In this document: in pieces, positions 37,605 through 49,320 of the stretch
How the letters are laid out: each line of letters starts with the position of its first letter
Position numbering within the stretch: position 1 is the first letter of the stretch
DNA from: Haliotis rufescens
Lineage: Eukaryota
Assembly: GCF_023055435.1 (NCBI RefSeq)
Contig: NW_025964223.1
Coordinates: 23,622,001-23,686,000, forward strand
Length of the DNA: 64,000 nucleotides
Reading direction: 5' to 3'
The notes under the pieces: generated by a model
The model's database searches: none
What the model was told of the DNA's origin: nothing
Seen by the model: the letters and a program-made list of their open reading frames with translations, nothing else
Made by a program: the position numbers and the translations under genes

Positions 37605-38804
37605 CTGGTTCACAGAAAATGAACAAACTTCGAATGGCAGAACTATAGAATGGACGTACACTGTATATGACTACAAAGTTTCTTGTTTCCACCCCCCTTG
37701 GGGATGCTGGAGCAGACAAGGTCCACAGTAACATTTTCAATACGTGTAATCATTCACATTCACAAACTCACAATAACAATGATACTGCCTGGTGTACAAA
37801 ACAATTGTGACAAATACATTTTGAGGGGAAACACCAAGAAAATGAGAATATACTTAAATGACAGCTCTGTAGTCCTTTCAGCTTTGCCATATTGGTAGTA
37901 CAATTCTCGAGAGGACTGGAAACGGAACTTGTCAATGTTGCCACAGCTGACAAATACATGTCTCTTCTTTAGGATATTACAAATATTAAGTATTCATCCC
38001 TTATTATTATTATTTTTCCGAACATCCTACTCACATCCTTTACATCCCTGAGCTTGTGTTTATTATTCAAGTCTTGTAACTTGACTGAGCTTCATTTCCA
38101 TTGGGCAAATAGTGTTTGAGAGTGAGAGGGGGGATAGAATTGAATGATCATGTGCCTTTTTGCTATTCATGCTGATGTAAAGTACGCGTACCTCCCGTAC
38201 TCGTGTTGAATAGTTGCCTATCATGATTCCAGCCATATAAATCCCGATATATTAAATATCTACACATATCTCAGCTCATAAAGTAAAATCAGTATGTCCA
38301 ACAAAATATGCAAAGGTGAAGTTGTTATTTGAAATTCTTTCAAAAGACTCTTTTACTAGGCTAAATTAGTAACACTTCATTCGTTCACCTTACGTTCAAA
38401 CTACATGGGCAGACCACTGTGAAGCTCACAATATTACAATATAAATGGCATTGCATTTTTTTTTCATTATAAAATCGATGCTTATTGACCTTTGTTCAGC
38501 TGTGTAAATTTGATCAAACTAAAGGCAAGTAAAACAATCAATGTCATTATTGACTTTATTGATAATTATTCTTGGACACCACATGTTGTTTATTCAACAT
38601 GATTGAATGGCAAGGGAAGTGGAAACACGAATCTCTTGAGGTGACGTACCAACTCACACGTTGCATACTGATTGACTTTTGTAGATATGTAGGGGATTTG
38701 TCATTTGAATGTGTTGTGTAACTCAGTGTCGTAACTTTCATGTTGTATGTAATTGGTCTGTGCATCGTGCCTTAACATACTGTTTATGGGTTGACATGTT
38801 AATA

Positions 38805-39075
38805 GACCAGTGAAGATCTGGGGTAGAATAGGTCTTCAGCCACCCATGCTTGCCGTAAAAGTCGATTATGCTTGTCGGTAGAGGCGACTAACGGGATCGG
38901 GTGGTCAAGCTCGCTGACTTGTTTGATGATGCATGGCATCCATCCCAATTGCCTGGATCGATGCTCATGATGGCAATCACTAGATTGTCTGGTCCAGACT
39001 CGATTATTTACAGAACGTCGTCATATAGCTGGGATATCGCTGAGTGTGGCGTTAAACAGCAAACAAACAAACAAA
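38805..39075 (+). mobile_element. Family B retroposon, full length
   Basis: TSD ACATGTTAATA at 38794-38804 and 39076-39086. Confidence 0.93.
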
Positions 39076-42000
39076 ACATGTTAATATGTCGAGTTACTCG
39101 GTGTCGTACCTTTAATACTATATGTAACTGTTTATGCTCGGTCTGTGGACTGCCGTTTTCATTGTTACACATTACATGTCAATACTGACAGACGTTCTAA
39201 AACAACCAACTTGAAGAAAGATGTTAGGTGACGTACGTGTGCTATCGATGACAGATGGGAATGCTGAGTTTGAGACAAACGCATTGATAGCATTTATATC
39301 AACGGGATTACATAAAACACATTATAATACAGTTCCACTGTCACCAATGGATTCTTAAAGTCAGTTACAATGTACAAAGTTCGTTATATCCAATATGCAC
39401 TATTTCCATGTGGCAGTAGAGATTGCTGTAGGCATATGTAATTTTGCTGTGTCAGTGGCAGGTGGGATACGGGTGACCCAGTCGTCTAAGGCGCCGCAAT
39501 TCGCTGTGCAGAGTTGCGTCTCTTTGGCACGCCAGAAACATATGATTGTGTGTTCGAATCCCGGTTCATCCCAATTGTGTTTCTAGGTTTATCAACCCCA
39601 TAGCTGTGCTCGTTGGTTTCACCAAAGTGGTAAATGTCTGAGACCTACATCACTTCGGGCCTTCTCCAACATTAAGCTGATACGCCGTGATTTTACCGGA
39701 ATACTTATCAAAGCGGCATCAAACCCAACTCACTCACTCAGTGTCATGACCGTTTCAAGTTATGCGACAATGGCATTATGGAAATTCGTGAATTCATCGA
39801 CATTACGAACCCATTTCTGGGTTAACCTTCAATTGATTTGGAAATCAACAGAAATTGGTTCGCCAAGAACTGAATTGTGAAATGAGTATAAATGACCATA
39901 AAAGAATTTAATGAATAGTTAACAAATCATATTGAAACACACGGTCAAAACAAATGTCAGTGTATTCACGAATGACGAAAAAATCAAATAATCATCAAGA
40001 CATTGTTTTGAAACACAGCATAATGCTTACAATCACAAAAGGTCATACAATGGGTAAAATAAGTGGCAGCAGTAATATGTAACAGACTCCACACCATATG
40101 TCAATGCACTCAGGACGTCCAAAATTTGTCACTGTCCAATGTCTTTAAAGAGGCACTTGCTCCGTTATTGAATCCGGAAACAGTGTTGGGAGCTGTCAAG
40201 AAGTCGGTGTTTTCAGATAGATATCTGTCTGCATTCGGCAAGTAGATAAGACACAACCAGATCATATAAGTTCTCAATTCGCCATATTATCGTGCCTTGG
40301 TACAAGCAGCTTCTATAGACCAAACAACCAAGGGAGGTAACTCTTATTGACTTGCTCGCAATGTTGCCATCAAACAATCTAGCCACAACAGCCTACTACA
40401 TTGTGTGAGCGCTTCATATGCTACTTTAAACAACATCTTATGAAATCTCTCGTAAGAAATGTTAATCATCCTTCTTTATACCGAAGCTGTCAGCAGTACT
40501 TTTTACACTTAAGATACTGCGTATTATTGTCTACAAACTGAAAAAATGGAAGAATAATGTTGGATGATAAATAAAATCTGACTCGAGTGTCTTTTGATAT
40601 CAAATATATCAACACGAGTTGATAAAAAGTTTAAAAACCCTCGGCAAGCCTCGGTGTTTTTTCCACTTTTACCAACTCGTGTTGGATATGGCTGAGTGCG
40701 GCGTTAAACAGCAAACAAACAAAACATATTAATATGTCGAGTTACTCGGTGTCGTACCTTTAATACTATATGTAACTGTTTATGCTCGGTCTGTGGACTG
40801 CCGTTTTCATTGTTACACATTACATGTCAATACTGACAGACGTTCTAAAACAACCAACTTGAAGAAAGATGTTAGGTGACGTACGTGTGCTATCGATGAC
40901 AGATGGGAATGCTGAGTTTGAGACAAACGCATTGATAGCATTTATATCAACGGGATTACATAAAACACATTATAATACAGTTCCACTGTCACCAATGGAT
41001 TCTTAAAGTCAGTTACAATGTACAAAGTTCGTTATATCCAATATGCACTATTTCCATGTGGCAGTAGAGATTGCTGTAGGCATATGTAATTTTGCTGTGT
41101 CAGTGGCAGGTGGGATACGGGTGACCCAGTCGTCTAAGGCGCCGCAATTCGCTGTGCAGAGTTGCGTCTCTTTGGCACGCTAGAAACATATGATTGTGTG
41201 TTCGAATCCCGGTTCATCCCAATTGTGTTTCTAGGTTTATCAACACCATAGCTGTGCTCGTTGGTTTCACCAAAGTGGTAAATGTCTGAGACCTACATCA
41301 CTTCGGGCTTTCTCACACATTAAGCTGACACGCCGTGATATTACCGGAATACTAATCAAACTGGCATCAAACCCAACTCACTCACTCAGTGTCATGACCG
41401 TTTCAAGTTATGCGACAATGGCATTATGGAAATTCGTGAATTCATCGACATTACGAACCCATTTCTGGGTTAACCTTCAATTGATTTGGAAATCAACAGA
41501 AATTGGTTCGCCGAGAACTGATTTTAGAAATCAGTAAATGAAAACACAAGAATGATGAATAGTTAACAAATCATATTGAAACACACGGTCAAAACAATTA
41601 AATGTCAGTGTATTCACGAATGACGAAAAAATCAAATAATCATCAAGACATTATTTTGAAACACAGCATAATGCCTACAATCACAAAAGGTAATACAATG
41701 GGTAAAATAAGTGGCAGCAGTAATATGTAACAGACTCCACACCATATGTCAATGCACTCAAGGACGTCCACAATTTGTCACTGTCCAATGTCTTGAAGGA
41801 GGCACTTGCTCCGGAAATAGTGTTGGGAGCTGTCAAGAAGTCGGTGTTTTCAGATAGATATCTGTCTGCATTCGGCAAGAAGGTAAGACGAATTCATATC
41901 ACAGAAGTCCTTAATTCGCCATATTATCGCTCTGAGGTTCAAGCAGCTTCTAGAAACTGTTACATCAAGAAACCAAACAACCAAGGGTGGCAACTTTTAT

Positions 42001-42310
42001 TGACTTACTCACAATGTTGCCATCAAACAATCTACATTGTAGCCACAACAGCCCATGACATTGTACGCGCGCTTCATTTGCTACTTAAAACAATGTCTTA
42101 TCCAAATCACTAAGAAATGTTAATCATCCTTCTTTATACCGAAGCTGTCAGCAGTACTTTTTACAATTAAGATACTGCATATTATTGTCTACAAACTGAA
42201 AAAAATGGAAGAGGAATGATCTTGGATGATAAATAAAATCCGACTCGTTGATAAAAATTGAAAAAACCCTCGGCAAGCCTCGGTGTTTTTCCCATATACC
42301 GTGTTGATAT
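39039..42310 (+). repeat. About 1.65-kb tandem duplication (39039-40688 and 40691-42310), each with a family D SINE (39464-39740, 41112-41388)
   Basis: Colinear copies; the first several hundred bases are nearly identical. Confidence 0.95.
40485..40688. mobile_element. Palindromic non-autonomous element (related pieces at 22530-22700, 35420-35563, 42140-42348)
   Basis: TGTCTTTTGATATCAAATATATCAACACGAG...CTCGGCAAGCCTCGG...CTCGTGTTG inverted arms; superfamily uncertain. Confidence 0.6.
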
Positions 42311-42653
42311 ATTTGATATCAAAAGACACACGTGTGAGATTCTCTATATAATGGATGACTGAAAAGTAGTGACATCACTTTCAATGTAAAATACGTCAGG
42401 CTTCCCAAGTTGACTCGGGTAACGTTCTGACATGCCTCATGTTCATTTTTTATGATCTGGTGTATAAATTCCTAAATTGCTAACATATATCATTTGTGAA
42501 TTCTGGCGGGACGATAAATTATTATCCATCCTGACCTGTACGGTTAAAACATCGTACACCTCACAGATCTATCACCAAATGTGCTTATATCTATAGATTA
42601 GTACTAAATCCACTTAAATATCACTTAATGACGCCACTGTTCATCGTATTTAA

Positions 42654-44897
42654 AGGGGCACTGATCTAACGCAATTTCCCGGACTGGTTGTTGCCTTTGT
42701 TATTGTTTTTTTCCCCGTGAGTACCCGGATGATACGCAACGCAACTGAGCGTGACCAGAGACTGGGCTACCGTCTGCAAGGACAGCTAAATAAACTTGGA
42801 GGCTGGAGGCAATATTTGTTTTACGCATTTTTGCATAAACACTGATTTGTTAACCGTGATCTAAAAAGATTTCGATGTTAATTAATTTCTTCAGCCTAAA
42901 CTAACAGACAAAAAGAACGGCGGAGCTCATCGGATGTCGTCATTTTGAAATACCCCAGAGGTTATAGTTAACACTAAAAAAAGTATCCATGCAGTGAAAG
43001 CATTTTCGGTTTTCGGATTGCGTCGATAATACGATTACTACTCCCTTGTTGTCATCCACGTTTTCTGGTATAACCCTATACTTGTGTATTAGTCGTCATT
43101 CACTTGATGCTCAGTTAATGAATTTATTACAGGTACAATTAGTGGTAGCACCACATAGATTACCTGACAAAGGTTCCCATTTGGCATTTATTGTGTCTGG
43201 GGTAATTATTCAATCTAAATCCAGGTTTGAAGTGAGGTGAAATGTGTGTTATGTAATATGCACGTGGCAGACCAGCAAGAGGTGAATGATCAGTTGATTT
43301 ACTTTTTTTTGTAAATCAACGGATCGTTCCTAGTCATCAAAGGATTAACAGAAAATACGTTGATTGATTAATCACTGTATCTTGCACAGTGGATATGTCA
43401 AAAGTGAGTGTTTACATGTCTAGGTTTACTAAAACAAAGGGAATACACACATATCCTTGCGTGAAGTGCCGATGTAAAAACAACATACTTTGTTCAAAGG
43501 GTGAACTGATAATACGTTCATTGATTGATCATTGTTATCTATCACTCAATGGATTTTTTAGGAACCGTGGACGTTATGAAAATAGTTGTCACGTGGGCTT
43601 TCTCAGCTGACCCTTGAGACTTGACACCTATGTGAAACACCTGAAACAATCCAAGTGATCAGTTGAGAAACGAACACGGGTTATAATATCCCGAAACGAT
43701 ATATATCTTTTAAAATATGTGATTGTTGCAGAGACACGTGACATCGAATAGGTTTCTTTGTACAGCTGCAGACGAATGGGATATTGTTCCTTTGTGTGGA
43801 TATTCACGGATACATTCCTCGAACAAGGAAGCTGCCTAAAATTTATACACATAAATTTGGTAGGTTGTAATTATGGTATTTGCATTTTGTTTTCCTTCAT
43901 TTGCTGTAGCATTGAACCGATTCGTCCTTGTTTCTCTACGTCTTGGTTGGGAAATTCTTCAATGCGCGATATACGTTGTTTTCACAGGCCTTTTCCCTTG
44001 TAAGCGTGTATATATTACCGTCAATTTGTAAAATGTAATTCTCTCAGGCAATTTATAAAATGTGTAAATATTTCAGTCATTTTGACTAAAAAATCTGTCC
44101 AGATTGATTAAGGCGATCAAAAGGGCCTACAAACATCACAACAGATTATTATGTAGGATTAGAAGCCAAACAACATAGAAATGTACTTTTCAACGTAACA
44201 TTTTCAGTCTCTTGGTGATGACAAAATGTTTGGAATTCGTTATCATAATAATACAGATGGAAATGTTTTTCAGTCACTTTGTTAAATAACTGAATATTTA
44301 GGCGTTGAATAAATTTGAAAATGTTACAATATTTGACAGTAAAAAATATACACACTATCAAAAAGCAATGCTCAGGTGAAATATTTACTTTGTGTTGCAA
44401 GTCAAAATAGTGTAAACGAAAATCGCAAAATTACCAAGCAAGTGACTTATCAAAACTTCGTCACCATTACCGATGCTAACCACAAAGATACCTACATTTC
44501 CTTATTATCTCCAAAACTGTATTTCATTTTGTTGATCAATGTGACCATACGCCCTCTATATTACTACCGGGGCGGTCGGGTAGCCTAGTGGTTAAAGCGT
44601 TCGCTCGTCACGCCGAAGACCCGGGTTCGATTCCCGACATGGGTACAATGCGTGAAGCCCATTTCTGGTGTCCCCCGCCGTGATATTGCTGGAATATTGC
44701 TAAAAGCGGCGTAAAACCATACACACTTACTCACTCACTATATTACTACCCATACAAGTGACTAATGCGCTTACGAATGGCGCAGCAGAGGTCGCGAACT
44801 AGTCTAGATTTCTGCTATACATCCGGGTATTCACTGGGAAAAAACAATAACAAAGGCAACAACCAGTCCCGGGGAATTGCGTTAGATCAGTGCCCCT
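42654..44897. mobile_element. Kolobok-like non-autonomous DNA transposon, 2244 bp
   Basis: About 78-bp TIRs starting AGGGGCACTGATCTAACGCAATT; TTAA TSD at 42650-42653 and 44898-44901; empty paralogous site near 55552. Confidence 0.9.
44569..44737 (+). mobile_element. SINE family A, full length (tRNA-Asp-like head)
   Basis: A box TAGCCTAGTGG, GTCAC anticodon-like loop, B box GGTTCGATTCC; TSD CTATATTACTACC at 44556-44568 and 44738-44750. Confidence 0.96.
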
Positions 44898-46659
44898 TTA
44901 ATGCCAACACGTTGCTCAAAGTGAAGCCGTTTTCCTCTAAATTCAGAAGTGTTTGGTCCGTGTTCAGTCCGGCTTGGCAGCTGGCGGTCATAATCAACTA
45001 ACACGTCACATATGTATCATCAAATATGTTTACATCTATAGACTAGATTTACGTTTACCTAAATACCACTTTAAAGTGTCACAGATCTTGGTATAAAAGC
45101 AAACACGTTCCTCAAAGTGAAATCGCTTCCCTCTACATTTTTAAAAAAGGTCTCTGTCAGAAGTGTTTGGTCTGTGTTCTGTCCGACATATTTATAATCT
45201 GAACGTGTTTACAGCCAAATTGAGTTACGAATATTAAAATTCATGATTTACATGTTTGTCAGTTTTGCTAAAACATGTGCCTGAAATATGTTGCTTTGCG
45301 ATGGTTGCAACAGTCATTTCAGACTAATTATTGATTTCATTGCCCTAAGTTATGTCCCCCAAACCCTTTGTAAATTTGATATACCAATTCTTACGAAAGT
45401 TACTGTTGACTAGCGAAAGGGTAGGGTGCGGAAAGCCACTATTAAATAAATTCCCAATCTCATTAAAATCAGATATTACTCCCAGTTGCTACACAAAGAT
45501 CTGAGGACATCCCATCACACGTCACGTCACTGCATAAATGTAATAACCATTAGCAGATCCAATTTTGTTAGTGGCATCTCAACATCGTTGCCCTAAATGA
45601 TGCAAAACAACTTTTCTTTCCTTTTCACAGAATCATTTGAAACCACTTTGTCCTTAACTCACTATAGACAGTTGTACCAAAATAAGGCTGAAGTGTCATC
45701 AAATTATTATTTCATAAGTCAGGTGAGGTACGGAGCCTTGTGGCTCTATTTTTGCAAAAAGGTACATATCTCATGAACGTATTTTAAGCGTTCGTACCCA
45801 CATAACCTGTCCACGGTGGTAAAACGCAGTTAACATTAATTCGAGAACTTTACGAGGTCTACTGTGTGGCAATCGAGATTGTTAGATTAAATGTGCACAG
45901 CTGGTACACGTTTTACACGATCAAAGCATTAAACAGGAGGATTATCTTTGACATAACATCAATACGACTATCTAGAAATGTAACATTTACGGGATTTAGG
46001 GTATGTAGGTTCACAAATTTATATAATTATTTCAGAGAGCCCTACCAAACTCTTGTCGACCGATCTCACTCACTTCAAACATGTGCAAAACTGTTGAAGC
46101 CATGGTTACAGAAAGGTTCATGCATCACCTTGAAACTGGCAATCACATAAAACCTGAAGCGGCTTCAGGTAGGGACACTCGTGTCTGGATCATGAACTAA
46201 TACTGGAAAATGAAATTTAAAAAAGCCATGTCACTGGACAATGGCACGCCACAAGGCAACATTAGGAGCCGGACCCTGTTTGACATCATGATGAATTATC
46301 AATTTGTTTATGTCAACACTCTTACCCAAAATTCTAACTTCGCTGATGACAGATAGACTAAGAGCAATATGGTTAAAACACAGAGATATTTCACAGATCC
46401 GAAAACAAACTCCAGTCAGGCCTGGATGGTGTAGATCAATGGTAAAATAAATTGGGGTTCACCCTTTCAATTGAAAACAAAACATCTGTTGGAGTTCTAT
46501 TCCAACGCAGGGGGAAGGTGCTATGATACCCCGTCTCTCAATAAAAGGTAAACCAAAAGTCAAATTCGAAAAATCCGCAAAATTTCTTTGGGTGATCCTC
46601 GATCAACACATCACTTGAAGCAAACATAAAGAATGTGCAAAAACAGATGTGTGTACGGA

Positions 46660-49320
46660 AGCTGTCCCACTCTGTGGGTAGATAAATATGTATAGCCGCG
46701 GCACAGCCGTCTACGTCAGAAAGTGTGTATCACCATGGCCAGTGTTCACTCGCCAGAACAGCGAGTGGTCAGATTGTGTATTCTTCTCAGTCACTGTGCT
46801 TACACAGACAAACATTCTGGGATTTGTGTACAAGATGTTACCACAACAGCTGCATACCTCCAAAATTGTACGGGTATTGAATTTAGACTTATATCACTCA
46901 ACATTGTGTACCCTCAGGTTGTATTTACAATTTTCGGGGATATGAACGCTCGTATTAGAAAAGAACAGTGTTTTATCGAAGTTGATAGTGTTTGTTATTT
47001 ACCTATTGATGATCAAGATTATGATACTGATGTTTTTAATGTACCCAGAACGTCTAAAGACGATATTGTAAATATTCAAAGTAAACAATTATTAGATGTG
47101 GAATCTAAAAATACATGTTCTTTATGGGGGATCTGGCAAAGATACGCAAGGGGATTACACGTTTATTGGCAGTCAGGGAAATATCGTTTTTGATTATTGC
47201 ATCGTATCCACTGAAATATATGATTACTTTAGAAATGTTGGGATAACTACCAGAACTTATTGCTGATCACCGCCCTTTGGCGGTCGATACGATTACACAA
47301 CGTCCCCAGCCCGTGCACAACGCATTCAGTCCAACACAATCCACACCGGCACACATAAAAGGCTGAACACAGTGGTAAGTTTACAGATATTTTGAATCAT
47401 TCCCTTGACCACTTTTCAAAATAATTTAATGATATTATTAGGAATAACATTAACTTAGCGCTCGCATGTTTCCACGATCTGTTTAAACACTGTTTTGCTA
47501 CTATAGGGTATTGCTCTACTTGGTATACTGAGCACAATATTCACCACAATATTAGAAACTCGCATTAAATTATGGGTTGCTACACGGCAGTTGTTTTCTG
47601 AATCCCAAGCCGGCTTCAGAGAAGACTATAGTACTATAAATCAAATATTCGTACTGAATTGAATAATGCACAATTATATCAGAAAGAAAATAAGCAAATT
47701 CTACTGTATCTGTGTCGATTTTAGAAAAGCGTTTAACACGGTATATAGAAATAAGCTTCTCTATACTCTTCTTAATAATGGCTTACCTGACAAATTCAAC
47801 ACTTTTCTTCGAAAAATGTACTGTGACGTAAAAACAGCTGTTTGGTGTAGCAAGTTTTCCATGAGCGAGACCTCTAATTCAATTGTGTGGGTTAGACAAG
47901 GCTGTATTCTGTCACCTTTATTGTTTATGTTATACATAGTGAGTGAGTGAGTGAGTGAGTGAGTATGGTTTAAGGCCGCTTTTGGCAATATTCCAGCAAT
48001 ATCACGGCGGAGGACACCAGAAATGGGCTTCACACATTGTACCCATGCCGGGAATCGAACCCGGGTCTTCGGCGTGACGAGCGAACGCTTTAACCAATAG
48101 ACAGATTTACATAGTAAACGATATTGTAAATAGTTAGTACAGTGGATTTTTTTATTGATGAAGGCGTAAATGCATTATTCATACTTTTATGTGCCGATGA
48201 TGTTGCCATTTTTGCAGATTGTGTTATTAATTTATAGAAAAGAATTGATATCATGGCAACATATTGTACAAATGAGGACGTACAATAAACACAGATAATA
48301 CTAAAGTGGTGATATTCAAGAAAGGTGGCAAAGTTGCATAATGTGAAAAATGGTTTATTGGATCCGAAAACTGTCTCTTGTTACAAATACCTAGTAATAA
48401 CGCTTTCATGCAGAAATACATTCTCCAGAGCATGCGATTTTCTCTGTGGACAAGCAGAAAAGGCTCTATATCCTATCAAGAATTTATTTGCTGATTTTAA
48501 ACGATATTTGCTGACGCACTATTAAGATATTTGATGGTAAAATTCAACCAATGGTGCTTTATGGCGCAGAAATATCGAACACCATTTACCGATAGAACAT
48601 AGAAAAGGAACATTCAGTTTTCTGTAAATTTGTTCTCGGTGTGGGCTACTGTTTACCAAACAAGGCTATTCTCTCTGAAATTGGCAGCTGTCCATTACAA
48701 ATATATGACCAAATAAGAATTACTTCATATTGGATAAGACAACCGTAATCACGTTATTCGACATACTGCTACATCATGTTAAAGTGTTTAGACGATAATG
48801 GAGATGTAAACTGGACTTCGTCAGTTCGAGACTTATTATTCAGATACAGATTTCCCTACGTTTGGATTTCTCAAGATATTGGAAACCAAGAACTATTTTT
48901 GTCTCTTTTTAAACAACGTTGCAAAGACATTGACTATCACTATTAATTTAAATATTCAACTGCTTAGAAGGTCAAAAATTAATTATATTAGTATAGCTAT
49001 GTGCCAGTATAGTTTAAACTTGCAAGAAGACGAATTTCATATTTTATTTGAATGTCCTTTGTATGCAGAAGAAATATATTCCTAATTTCTATATCAGTAA
49101 CCCAAACCAACAAAATGTTGTACATCTTTTTAAAACCAAAAATACAAACATAATGTTACGACTCGCTCTTTTTTAAATAACGTGTCAAAAGAAAAATGTA
49201 AATTGTCTACAACTGTATAGAATTGTATATAACCGATCCTAACAGGCGCTCTGTACATACATGTTGTAAAACTGTCACTGTACTATTGGCCTCATGACCA
49301 AAAGATACGAATACACGGAT
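46660..49320 (+). mobile_element. Decayed RTE-X/L2-like LINE (APE, RT, zinc finger)
   Basis: GDMNARI; ESQAGFRE; VDFRKAF; VRQGCILSPLLF; LCADD; EDEFHILFECPLY. Confidence 0.88.
47941..48107 (-). mobile_element. SINE family A inside the LINE RT region
   Basis: TSD TACATAGT at 47933-47940 and 48108-48115. Confidence 0.92.

Noticed and set aside
44569-44640. tRNA-Asp gene
   Set aside because: No proper acceptor stem; continuous with a SINE body, tail and TSD.
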